DNA of 64,000 nt from Acidobacteriota bacterium (GTDB lineage Bacteria; Acidobacteriota; Thermoanaerobaculia; UBA5066; Gp7-AA6), in contig JBDTOO010000015.1 of the NCBI GenBank assembly GCA_039933215.1, forward strand, positions 4,501 through 68,500, written 5' to 3'. Shown one piece after another: positions 17,044 to 26,042 of this stretch; the stretch's first letter is position 1, and each line of letters starts with the position of its first letter. The notes below the pieces were generated by a model. It was not told the DNA's origin. It searched no databases and worked only from the letters and a program-made list of their open reading frames with translations. The translations under genes were made by a program, and so were the position numbers.

Positions 17044-18180
17044 ATGAGACACGCTCGTCGGCTTCTCGCTCTCGTTCTTCCGGTGCTCTGCGTCGCGGCG
17101 CTCTCGGGCTCCCGGGCCGAAGCGGCAAAGGCGAAAGTGGACGTCAACACCGCCTCGCAGGCGGAGCTCGAGGCTCTCCCCGGGGTGGGCGAGGCGACCG
17201 CCCGCCGGATCATCGCCGGCCGGCCGTTCCGCTCGCTGCCGGATCTCTCGCGGGCGGGACTCTCCGCCGCGACCATCGACAAGCTTTCGAGCCTGGCGAA
17301 GGCGGGCCGGTCCGCCGCTGCGGAGCGGCCCGCCGACGCCCCGCCCGCTCGCGCGGAGAAACCTTCGTCCCCGCCGGCTTCCTCATCGGCCGCGAAGACG
17401 TCGGCGGCCGTCGTCGACTTGAACTCCGCGAGCGAGAAGGACCTCGAGGCCCTTCCCGGCGTCGGTGCGGCCACCGCGAAGAAGATCATGGCCGGCCGGC
17501 CGTACCGTTCCGTCGCGGATCTTTCGCGCGCGGGAGTCTCCGCGTCGACGATCGAGAAGATCTCCCCCCGGGTCACCGTGTCGGGAGGCCGGACCGCGTC
17601 CTCCCCGTCCGCCTCGTCTCCTTCCTCCCCGTCCGCGTCCTCCCCGGCGCCGTCGTCGTCGGGCGCTCCGGCAGCAAAGTCGGGCGACCGCGTGGACGTA
17701 AACTCCGCGTCGCAGAAGGATCTCGAGGCGCTGCCCGGCGTCGGCGAGGCCACGGCGAAGAAGATCGTGGCGGGGCGTCCCTACACCTCCGTAGGCGACC
17801 TGTCGAAGGCCGGCGTCTCCCAGGCGACGATCGCGAAGATCTCCCCGCTCGTCACCGTTCGTTCCTTCGGGCGCACGTCCTCGTCGTCGTCGACGTCGAC
17901 GTCGACGACGGCGTCGTCCGGCCCGGCGCCCTCCGCCGCTCCCGCCCCCGCCCCCGCTCCGTCTTCCGCGCGGCGCGCGGCGCCGGCCCCCGCGGCGCCG
18001 ACCGGCGAATACCAGGCCCCGGCTTCTCCGGGGATGGTGTGGGTGAATCTCGACACGAAAGTCTTCCACCGGGAGGGGGATCGCTGGTACGGGCGGACCA
18101 GGCACGGCAAGTACATGGCGGAAGCGGACGCGGTGCAGGCGGGTTACCGCCTCTCCAGGCAGAAGGACGAACCGAAGTAA
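17044..18180 (+). CDS. Secreted protein with three ComEA-like helix-hairpin-helix modules and a conserved C-terminal W-Y-G-R-T-R-H-G-K-Y-M module
   Basis: Signal peptide MRHARRLLALVLPVLCVAALSGSRAEA. Three ~55-aa repeats VD(V/L)N(T/S)AS...LEALPGVG.AT(A/K)..I.AGRP..S..DLS.AG.S..TI.K.S. The repeats are separated by Ser/Pro/Ala-rich linkers. Confidence 0.75.
   Translation: MRHARRLLALVLPVLCVAALSGSRAEAAKAKVDVNTASQAELEALPGVGEATARRIIAGRPFRSLPDLSRAGLSAATIDKLSSLAKAGRSAAAERPADAPPARAEKPSSPPASSSAAKTSAAVVDLNSASEKDLEALPGVGAATAKKIMAGRPYRSVADLSRAGVSASTIEKISPRVTVSGGRTASSPSASSPSSPSASSPAPSSSGAPAAKSGDRVDVNSASQKDLEALPGVGEATAKKIVAGRPYTSVGDLSKAGVSQATIAKISPLVTVRSFGRTSSSSSTSTSTTASSGPAPSAAPAPAPAPSSARRAAPAPAAPTGEYQAPASPGMVWVNLDTKVFHREGDRWYGRTRHGKYMAEADAVQAGYRLSRQKDEPK
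17140..17870 (+). repeat. Three intragenic tandem repeats (~165 bp each) encoding the HhH modules
   Basis: Near-identical DNA blocks start around 17140, 17420 and 17690 (gtggacgt(c/a)aac(a/t)ccgc(c/g)tcgcag...gctc(t/c)ccccgg(g/c)gt(g/c)gg(c/t)g(a/c)gg). Confidence 0.6.
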
Positions 18181-18256
18181 GCCGCCGAGCGGTGCAGCGC
18201 GGCGGAAGGGCAGTCGAACGGCGCGGCCGGCCGGCGAGGGACCGTCCGCGCGGCGC

Positions 18257-19621
18257 CTAACGGACGAGGTGGTATTTCGTCTGGCGCTCGAGCACCCAGG
18301 AGATCTTCCCGTTCTCGTCGATCGCCGCGTCCTCTTCCTGCGCGGAGCGCAGCGGCTGCCCGCCCCACTCCGGCACCGGCTTCACGGCCTGCAGCTCGAT
18401 CGAGAACCAGGTCGAGGGCAGGATCTTCACGTCCCCGCGGCCGGGGACCCCCTGCTGCCGGTCCCACAGGCCGATGAGCGGCCCCGCCCCGTGTCCGTGG
18501 TCGCCGATCGGATGCGTGTAGATCGATCCCTCGAGCCCCGCGTACTTCATCGCCCCGAGGGCGTCCGCGAGGACCTCGTTGCCCGTCCGGCCCGGTTTCA
18601 TGCGGGCGAGGAGCAGGTCCTGGATGCGGTTCGAGTCGGCGAGCGCCTTGCGCAGACCCTCGGGAGCGTCGGTTTCACCCTCGCGAAGGACGTAACCGAC
18701 GTGCTGCGTGTCCGTCGCGAGTCCGCACGCGAAGACGCCGAAGTCGACGTGCAGGTGGTCGCCGCGCTCGATGACGACGTCCTCGCGTTCGGCGATGACG
18801 CTGCCCGCCCCGACGCCCCGCCGCTGGACCGTCACGGTCGGCGGGAACCATTCGCCCATCCCGAGGTCGTTGACGCGCTGCCTCAGCCACCACTGGACGT
18901 CCGTGTTCGTCGTCTTTCCGGGAACGATGACCTCGTTCGAGAACGCCCGGGCGATCAGCGCGTGAACGGTCCGCATCATCCCGCGGTACGTCGGGAGCAT
19001 CTCCGGGATCCGGATCGCGATGTATTCGAGGGGCAGGTTCTCCGCACGCACGAGGCGGGCGGTCCACGGACCGAGCGCCTTCTCGAGGGGCTCGCGCTCG
19101 CCCGACGAGAGCCCGTCGGAGAAAGCGTGCGTCGACGAGACGTCGAACGCGATCGAGGCGGGCTTCCGCTCGTCGACCAGCTTCCGGAGCAGGGCCCACT
19201 GGCCTTCGCCCCAGAGCTCGCGCCCTTCGACTTCGGGATCCCGGTACACCGTGTAGAGGCCGCCGTTCGATCCGCCGCCGAGCGCGAGCCGCTCGACGCC
19301 CTGCGCGCCGCCGCGATCGAAGAAGACGAGGATGGTCCGGCGGCGCGCCGCCATGACGGACGGCGAGACGAGCGACCGGAAGGCCGGGTCCTCGTTGTAC
19401 TCGCGGCACAGGACGATCCACATCGCGATCCCGTTGCGCCGCATCGCGGGCGGCAGCACGCGCTCGAGGCGCGCCGCGAGCCAGGACTGGCGCAGGGCGT
19501 CCTGCTCGCGCAGCGGCGGCAGGCGCGCCGGCTCGGCGGGAGCGGCGGACGCGGAGGAGACGCTCAGGGCGAGAACCACCGCGGGGAGGGCCCGGCGCAG
19601 GGGGAAATGCCGAGCGCGCAC
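18257..19621 (-). CDS. Secreted M24-family metallopeptidase (Xaa-Pro aminopeptidase/creatinase fold)
   Basis: 454 aa. Signal peptide. M24 metal-binding His/Asp/Glu signature region (HVGYVLREGE..., HPIGDHGHGAGP). Confidence 0.75.
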   Translation of the reverse strand: MRARHFPLRRALPAVVLALSVSSASAAPAEPARLPPLREQDALRQSWLAARLERVLPPAMRRNGIAMWIVLCREYNEDPAFRSLVSPSVMAARRRTILVFFDRGGAQGVERLALGGGSNGGLYTVYRDPEVEGRELWGEGQWALLRKLVDERKPASIAFDVSSTHAFSDGLSSGEREPLEKALGPWTARLVRAENLPLEYIAIRIPEMLPTYRGMMRTVHALIARAFSNEVIVPGKTTNTDVQWWLRQRVNDLGMGEWFPPTVTVQRRGVGAGSVIAEREDVVIERGDHLHVDFGVFACGLATDTQHVGYVLREGETDAPEGLRKALADSNRIQDLLLARMKPGRTGNEVLADALGAMKYAGLEGSIYTHPIGDHGHGAGPLIGLWDRQQGVPGRGDVKILPSTWFSIELQAVKPVPEWGGQPLRSAQEEDAAIDENGKISWVLERQTKYHLVR

Positions 19622-19625
19622 GGCG

Positions 19626-20639
19626 TCACCGGACCCGCAGGACGCGAACCGCCTCGAGCTGTGTCTCTTCGCCGAAGCCCGCGCGGGGGTCGTGCTTCAT
19701 CGCGCCATGCAGGTACTCGTGCAGGCCGGGCCGCAGCTCCCTCCACGGGCCCGAGAACGTCGCCAGCGTCTCGGTCAGGTCGGCGGTGTTGTCCCTCGTC
19801 AGGCTGCGAAGCTGGTCCCGGGTGAGCGGAGGCGCGTCGAGCCACCCGCGGCGCGCGGCAGATTCGAACCGCCCCGCCAGAAAGCGCCCCCACCACAGGG
19901 GGAAGTGCACGAGGGGTTTGCGCCTCTTGCCGACGGCCGTCGCGATCTCGCGGTAGATCTCGTTCAACGTGAAGATCTGGGGGCCGCCGACCTCGTAGGT
20001 CTTGCCGACCGTCTCGGGCTTCTCCAGCGCTTCGGCGAAGACGCGGGCGACGTCGTAGACCGAGACGGGCATGAACTTCGTGTCGCCGGAGCCGATGACC
20101 GGGATGAAGCCGGGATTGCGCCGGACGATTGGCGCCAGCAGCGAAACGAACCCGTCGCCGCGACCGAAGATGATCGACGGACGGAGGATCGTCCAGTCGA
20201 GCTCTGAACCGCGCACCGCCCGTTCCCCCGCCGCCTTCGTGCGTCCGTATTCGGAAGGCGCGTCTTCGGAGGCTCCCATCGCGCTCATGTGAAGCAGGCG
20301 GCGGACACCGGCGGCGCGCATCGCCGCGATGACGTTCTCCGTGGCCTCGCGATGCATGCGGTCGAACGTCTGGTCGCCCTGTTCGTGGATGATCCCCACG
20401 AGGTGCACGACGGAGTCCCGGCCGGCGACGGCGCGCGAGAGGGACGCCGGGTCGAGCACGTCGCCGCGGACGGCCTCCACGGGCCGGTTGTACCGGTTGC
20501 GCGCGCCGTCCGGATCCCGCGCGAGGACCGCTATTGAGTGCCCCCGGCGCACGAACGCATTCACCAGGTGAGTGCCGACGAATCCCGTGCCGCCGGTGAC
20601 GAGGATCTTCAATGAGGCCTCCTTCTCTCTTTTTACCAC
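19626..20639 (-). CDS. NAD(P)H-binding SDR-family protein (NDUFA9/complex-I-intermediate-associated-like epimerase/dehydratase)
   Basis: 337 aa. N-terminal Rossmann motif ILVTGGTGFVGTHL. NmrA/NDUFA9-like architecture. Confidence 0.75.
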   Translation of the reverse strand: MVKREKEASLKILVTGGTGFVGTHLVNAFVRRGHSIAVLARDPDGARNRYNRPVEAVRGDVLDPASLSRAVAGRDSVVHLVGIIHEQGDQTFDRMHREATENVIAAMRAAGVRRLLHMSAMGASEDAPSEYGRTKAAGERAVRGSELDWTILRPSIIFGRGDGFVSLLAPIVRRNPGFIPVIGSGDTKFMPVSVYDVARVFAEALEKPETVGKTYEVGGPQIFTLNEIYREIATAVGKRRKPLVHFPLWWGRFLAGRFESAARRGWLDAPPLTRDQLRSLTRDNTADLTETLATFSGPWRELRPGLHEYLHGAMKHDPRAGFGEETQLEAVRVLRVR

Positions 20640-20679
20640 GCGGGGCGGATCTTCCCGGCGCGAGCGTGCGCGGTCCGCT

Positions 20680-22590
20680 TCAGCGGCCGAAGAGCTCGCT
20701 GTCGATCGCTTCGCCCGCCTCGACGCGCCGGCGTGCTTCCCGCCGTGCGTCGGCGAGTCGGGGCAGATCGCCGATCGGGTCGGCGACGCGCAGAGACGGC
20801 AGGCCCGATTGCCGCACGCCGAGGAGGTCGCCCGGACCCCGGACCTCGAGGTCGCGCTCGGCGATCACGAAACCGTCGGAGGTCTCCTCGAGGACGGCGA
20901 GCCGCGAGCGCGCCTCGAGGGTCGCGTTCTCCCCGACGACGAGTGCGCACCAGGACGGCCGCGCGCTCCGCCCGACGCGGCCGCGCAGCTGGTGGAGCTG
21001 CGCGAGGCCGAACGACTCGGCGTTCTCGACCACCATCACGGTGGCCTCGGGCACGTCGACCCCGACCTCGACGACGGTCGTAGAGACCAGGATGCCGATC
21101 TCTCCGCGCGAGAAGGCGCGGAGCACGCGGGAGCGCTCCTCGGGAGGCAGCCGTCCGTGGAGGACGCCGACGGCGACTCCGCCCGCCGCGGCGGCGATCC
21201 GCTCCGCCGTCTCCCGGGTGTCGGAGACCTCCCGCTCCCCCTCTTCGATCGCCGGCACGACCACGTAGGCGCGCTCTCCGAGGCGCACGCGCTCGGCGGC
21301 GAAGGCATAGATCCGGTCCCGCGACGAGGCTTCGCGCACGCGCGTGGCGATCGCCCCACGGCCCGGAGGCTTCTCATCCAGAACGGACAGATCGAGCTCG
21401 CCGTAGATCGCCCAGGCGAGGGACCGCGGGATCGGGGTCGCGGTCATGACGAGGACGTGGGGGCTCTCCCCCTTCCGGAACAGGCGTGTCCGGTGCGCGA
21501 CGCCGAACCGGTGCTGCTCGTCGATCACGACGAGAGCGAGGCGCCGGAAGCGAACCGGAGCCTCGACCAGGGCGTGCGTTCCGACGAGCAGATCGACGTC
21601 CCCCCGCTCGAGCGCCGCCAGGAGCTCCTGCCGGGGTCGGCCGCGGACCCGTCCGGTCAGGAGGCCCAGCCGGACTCCCGCCTTCTCCATCCAGCCCGCG
21701 AGGCTGGCGGCGTGCTGCTCCGCGAGGATCTCGGTCGGCGCCATGAGAGCGCCCTGGGCGCCCTGGGCGGCCGCCAGAAGGAGGGCGAGCCCCGCGACGA
21801 CCGTCTTGCCGCTACCGACGTCGCCCTGGAGAAGGCGCGCCATCGCGCGTCCGGAACCGAGGTCCGCGGCGATCTCGCGGACCGCCCGCTTCTGAGCCCC
21901 CGTGAGCGCGAACGGCAGCGAAGCGCGGGTGCGCGCCCGCAGGGCGTCGTCCGCGACGAGGACGATCCCGGCGCGCTCCCGGAGCGCGGCGCGGCGGCGC
22001 TCGATGCCCGCGGCCAGAGCGAGGAGCTCTTCGTCGGAGAGCGCGCGCCGCGCCTCTTCGGCCTCCGCGACAGACGAGGGGAAATGGACTCCCTCGAGCG
22101 CCTGCCGCAGCTCCGCGGCGCTCCCGGATGCCGCCGGCCAGTCCGTCCCCAGCCGGTCCAGGGTCCCTCGCACCAGGGTTCGCCAGGCGCGCGGCGCGAT
22201 GCCGGCGGCGCGATGGTAGACGCCGACGATGCGCCCCGAATGGAGCGGGTCGCCGGCGGCCGCGGAGGGGTCGAAGAACTCGGTCTCCGGGTTCTCGATG
22301 CGCAGCTCGCCGCGGTTGCCGACGGCCGGCGTCCCGAAGAGGACGGCCGTCGCCCCCTCGGCGCTCTTCGCGAAGGAGGGGTAACGGTTGTGCCAGACGA
22401 CCCGGACGGCTCCCGTTCCGTCGTCCGCGACGGCCTCGATCCGCAGCGTGCCGCGGCGCATGCGGGTGGACTTGACGCTCGTCAGGCGGACGCGGATCGT
22501 GGCGGGAGCGCCGGCCGACAGCGCGGAGACGTCGGCGAAATGCCCGCGATCCTCGTACCGGAAGGGCAGCGCCACGAGGAAATCGCCCAC
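20680..22590 (-). CDS. recG: ATP-dependent DNA helicase RecG
   Basis: 636 aa. Wedge domain followed by SF2 helicase motifs (LQGDVGSGKTVVA Walker A; DEQHRFG; VMTATPIPR; QLHQLRGRVGR). Confidence 0.85.
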   Translation of the reverse strand: MGDFLVALPFRYEDRGHFADVSALSAGAPATIRVRLTSVKSTRMRRGTLRIEAVADDGTGAVRVVWHNRYPSFAKSAEGATAVLFGTPAVGNRGELRIENPETEFFDPSAAAGDPLHSGRIVGVYHRAAGIAPRAWRTLVRGTLDRLGTDWPAASGSAAELRQALEGVHFPSSVAEAEEARRALSDEELLALAAGIERRRAALRERAGIVLVADDALRARTRASLPFALTGAQKRAVREIAADLGSGRAMARLLQGDVGSGKTVVAGLALLLAAAQGAQGALMAPTEILAEQHAASLAGWMEKAGVRLGLLTGRVRGRPRQELLAALERGDVDLLVGTHALVEAPVRFRRLALVVIDEQHRFGVAHRTRLFRKGESPHVLVMTATPIPRSLAWAIYGELDLSVLDEKPPGRGAIATRVREASSRDRIYAFAAERVRLGERAYVVVPAIEEGEREVSDTRETAERIAAAAGGVAVGVLHGRLPPEERSRVLRAFSRGEIGILVSTTVVEVGVDVPEATVMVVENAESFGLAQLHQLRGRVGRSARPSWCALVVGENATLEARSRLAVLEETSDGFVIAERDLEVRGPGDLLGVRQSGLPSLRVADPIGDLPRLADARREARRRVEAGEAIDSELFGR

Positions 22591-22718
22591 GGTCGCGATG
22601 CCGGCGTCCGCCAGCCGAGCCGCGCGCGCCGGACCGATGCGGGGGATCGACGCGACCGGGTCTCGAGGCCGGAGAGAGGCGGCGAGACCGGGCGGCGACG
22701 AGAGGCGGTCGATCGGGC

Positions 22719-23507
22719 TCAGGATTCCGCGCTGAAGAACGTGAGAGGGACGAGGCCGAACTTCAGGACGTCGGCGTTCTGGATCGCCATGGGAGCGCCC
22801 GTGGCGAGACGCTGATCATTGACGAACGTGCCGTTCATGACGCCGATCTCCTCCATCACGTAAAACGTTCCGGCCATCTGGTAGAGCTTCGCGTGGCGCC
22901 GCGAGGTCGAGCGCTGAGTGTCGAGCGGCGTGAGGTCGATGTCGGGAGTGATTCCCGTGACGGGGTCGGCGCGTCCCACGAGGGTATCGCCTTCACGGTT
23001 GAGGAAGAACTCGGGAGTCCCGTTCGCGCCGACGAGGCGGAACACGTCCTTGTGGACGACGGGTTTTCGCGACGGCGGCCTTTCCTCGTCCGGAACGCGG
23101 CGGCCGAGGGCTTCTTCGAGCATCGTCGAGACGTCCCGGACGCGGCGCGAGAGCTTTCGCATCATCCGGATGGCGATCTCCGTGTTGCTGCGGAGCATCG
23201 TGTCGAACATCGCGCCGTTGATCCGCACCACCTCGACGTCCGACTTCGCCCGCGCCGACGCGCTGCGGGGCAGATCCTCGAGGACGCTCATCTCGCCGAA
23301 GAAGTCGCCCTTCTCGAGAGTCGCGAGGACACGGCTCTCCCCCGCGATCGACTTGAAGAGCTCGACCACTCCGGACTGGATGATGTACATCTCGGTCCCG
23401 ATCTCGCCCTCGGAGAAGATGATGTCTCCCATCGGGTGGCTGACGATGTACCGCTCGAAGGGATTCTTGCCTCCGGCCGCGGTCCCCGACTTGAAGACGG
23501 CTTTCAC
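22719..23507 (-). CDS. Cyclic-nucleotide-binding domain protein fused to a C-terminal FHA domain
   Basis: N-terminal cNMP-binding fold (GEIGTEMYIIQSGVVELFK...GDFFGEMSVL). C-terminal FHA fold (TLVGRADP...RRHAKL...GTFYVMEEIGVMNGTFVNDQRL). Confidence 0.7.
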   Translation of the reverse strand: MKAVFKSGTAAGGKNPFERYIVSHPMGDIIFSEGEIGTEMYIIQSGVVELFKSIAGESRVLATLEKGDFFGEMSVLEDLPRSASARAKSDVEVVRINGAMFDTMLRSNTEIAIRMMRKLSRRVRDVSTMLEEALGRRVPDEERPPSRKPVVHKDVFRLVGANGTPEFFLNREGDTLVGRADPVTGITPDIDLTPLDTQRSTSRRHAKLYQMAGTFYVMEEIGVMNGTFVNDQRLATGAPMAIQNADVLKFGLVPLTFFSAES

Positions 23508-24418
23508 CGGACCGCCGGGCCGCCGAAAACGAGGCGTCCGCCGCGCACGGCGTCGGCCTCGAGGGTCACCGGGGCGCCGAGCGGGAGCGTCCGCGCGGCG
23601 GCCAGATGACCGGCGGGAAGCCCGAAGGCCACGGGAAATGGAGCGCCGTCGAAGCGGCCCCGCAGGTACGTCCGGACCGCGTCCGGCGACTCGCCCGCAG
23701 CGGGAACGACGGATCCGATCACCATGGCGCGCAGGCCATCGAGGGTATCCGAGCGCTCCAACTGGGTCAACAGACGGTCGATCCGGTAAATCGCCTCACC
23801 CGTGTCCTCCCAGAAAAGGATGGAATCCCGGCCGCTGACCGCCTCGGGCGTGCCCGCCATCGAGGCGAGGAGCGACAGGCAGCCGCCGACGAGCGGCCCC
23901 TCGCCGCGTCCGGGCGACAGGACGTCCTCGGCGGAAAAGACGTGAGGCTCCGGAGTCGCGCCGGTCAGGATCGCCTCCCAGTCGAGCTTCCCGGCTCCGG
24001 ACATCTCGACCGCCACCATCGGTCCGTAGAAGGTGACGAGACCGGCCGACTTCCCGACGAAAGCAAGAAGCGCCGTGAGATCCGAGCCGCCGAGATGGAT
24101 CTTCGGGTTCGCCGCGACTTCCGCCGGGTCGAGGAGGCCGAGGATCCGGGACGCCCCGTATCCCCCCCGCGCGAAGAAGATCGCGTCGACCGACGGGTCG
24201 GCGAGAAGCCTCCGGTACCCGTCCGCCCGCTGCCGGTCGGTCCCCGCGAGGAACCCATCGACCCGCCCGACGTTTTCCGCGAGGACGACCCGATATCCCC
24301 GCGCTTCGAGGGCCGCGACGCCCGCGGTGAGCCGCGCGGAGTCGACGGGCCCCGAAACCGCAGCCACGCCAATGCGGCCGCCCGGGTGAAGCCGAGGCGG
24401 TCGCAGCGCGTCAGCCAT
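23504..24418 (-). CDS. ldcA: LD-carboxypeptidase (peptidase S66, LdcA-like)
   Basis: S66 motifs including the GGYGASRIL serine region and downstream catalytic His/Glu region. Start taken at the second ATG (MADALRPPRL...) by analogy with LdcA N-termini. The first ATG at 24478 is also possible. Confidence 0.7.
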   Translation of the reverse strand: MADALRPPRLHPGGRIGVAAVSGPVDSARLTAGVAALEARGYRVVLAENVGRVDGFLAGTDRQRADGYRRLLADPSVDAIFFARGGYGASRILGLLDPAEVAANPKIHLGGSDLTALLAFVGKSAGLVTFYGPMVAVEMSGAGKLDWEAILTGATPEPHVFSAEDVLSPGRGEGPLVGGCLSLLASMAGTPEAVSGRDSILFWEDTGEAIYRIDRLLTQLERSDTLDGLRAMVIGSVVPAAGESPDAVRTYLRGRFDGAPFPVAFGLPAGHLAAARTLPLGAPVTLEADAVRGGRLVFGGPAVR

Positions 24419-24544
24419 CTTCTGAGAATGGTAAACGAGGTCATCGAGGTCCGGCGCCGCTCGGTCATCCGGGCTCACATGAGCCAGACCTCTCAGCGCC
24501 GGTCGCGCAGCGACCGCCCGCGCTGAAAGTCACTGCCTGCGCTG

Positions 24545-24940
<396 letters not shown>

Positions 24941-24976
24941 ATCCTATCAGCCGCGACGAAAAGCCACCGCGCCGGC

Positions 24977-25423
24977 CTACTCCCTGTTCCTGGGATCAGC
25001 GAAGTAGTCGAGCCACTCCGAGACGTCGACGCGCTCGGGCTTTCCCGGGGCGGGAGCTCCGGCCGCGACGGCGCGGAACCGCTCCCAGAATTCGGGCGGC
25101 GACAGGGTCTTCGCGCCGGCGGCGCGAGCGCGCCGGGTGAGTTCGCGATCGGCCGTGACGACGGAGATCTCGCCCGGGTCCCGCGCGGCACGGACCTCGC
25201 GAAGGATCGCCTCGTCCGCGGATCCTCCCGCGTCTTTCACGCTCAAGCCTCCGAGCGTGAGCGTCTTTCCCGCGGGCCCGTCGAAGAAGATCCGCACGGA
25301 CGCTCGCCGTCCCCGCAGCCGTTCGGAGACCTCGGCGAGGAGCGCGGCTCGATCCTCCTCCGCGGGCCGGCTCGTGCGCCGGGCGAGGCCGATGAGGTTG
25401 TTCCCGTCGAGAAAGTACGGCAT
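24977..25423 (-). CDS. NYN-domain (YacP-like) predicted RNA-binding protein / ribonuclease
   Basis: ATG verified at 25421-25423 (MPYFLDGNNLIGL...RIFFDG). The Ser/Arg-rich N-terminal 76 aa of ORF 24977..25651 are rejected. Confidence 0.65.
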   Translation of the reverse strand: MPYFLDGNNLIGLARRTSRPAEEDRAALLAEVSERLRGRRASVRIFFDGPAGKTLTLGGLSVKDAGGSADEAILREVRAARDPGEISVVTADRELTRRARAAGAKTLSPPEFWERFRAVAAGAPAPGKPERVDVSEWLDYFADPRNRE

Positions 25424-25439
25424 GACCGGGAGCCGGACG

Positions 25440-26042
25440 TCAGGCGGTCTCGCCCCGGTGGCGGCGCGGATGCTGGATGCGGAAGAAGAGGACCTGCAGG
25501 GCCCGGCGAACTCTCGCGCCGTGCATGACGAGGACCGCGACGAGGGCCGCCAGGAAGAGCGCGGTGAGCCACGGCTGGAAGAAGAGCAGGATCGCGAGCA
25601 TGATCGCGACGATGTCCTCCGCGATCGACAGAACGAGCTGGGCGAACCCACGCGTGGCGGCGGTCGACGTGAGGCGGCTCGTGGATTTCGCCGCGTGCGC
25701 CGCCAGCGTCACGACGGCGGCGAGGGCCGCGACGCCGATCTTCGCCGCGAGCGAGACTTCACCGAGTGCCGCGAGCGCGAGGAGCGAGCCGACGATCGGC
25801 CTCAGGAGCGTCTGCGCGGCCTCCCAGAATCGATCGGCGAGGGGAATCTTGGTCACGACGAATTCCGCGAGGAACATCACGATCGACAGCTGGAGGATCG
25901 CCGGGCTCGCGAGGAAGGCGGCCACCCCGCCGGGGAAGTCCTGCGGCAGGAGGCGATAGAGCCCGTTGTACACGAGGAGAACGGACCACGCGTTCAAGCC
26001 GGCCGCGGCCGCGAGGCCGAGGCCGGTGAGCAGGGGGATCAA
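25440..26042 (-). CDS. DUF4126-family membrane protein
   Basis: Hydrophobic C-terminal 200 aa of ORF 25440..26435 (IPLLTGLGLAAAAGLNAWSVLLVYNG...). Proposed TTG start at 26042 overlaps the stop of the upstream gene (TTGA). Confidence 0.6.
   Translation of the reverse strand: MIPLLTGLGLAAAAGLNAWSVLLVYNGLYRLLPQDFPGGVAAFLASPAILQLSIVMFLAEFVVTKIPLADRFWEAAQTLLRPIVGSLLALAALGEVSLAAKIGVAALAAVVTLAAHAAKSTSRLTSTAATRGFAQLVLSIAEDIVAIMLAILLFFQPWLTALFLAALVAVLVMHGARVRRALQVLFFRIQHPRRHRGETA

Noticed and set aside
17022-18260. Alternative-frame 412-aa and 240-aa ORFs overlapping the HhH-repeat gene
   Set aside because: Arg/Gly-rich, lack a signal peptide and domains, and are out of frame or antisense relative to the clearly repetitive HhH-domain protein.
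20572-22815. 747-aa plus-strand ORF antisense to recG
   Set aside because: Antisense to recG, with no domain signatures. High-GC artefact.
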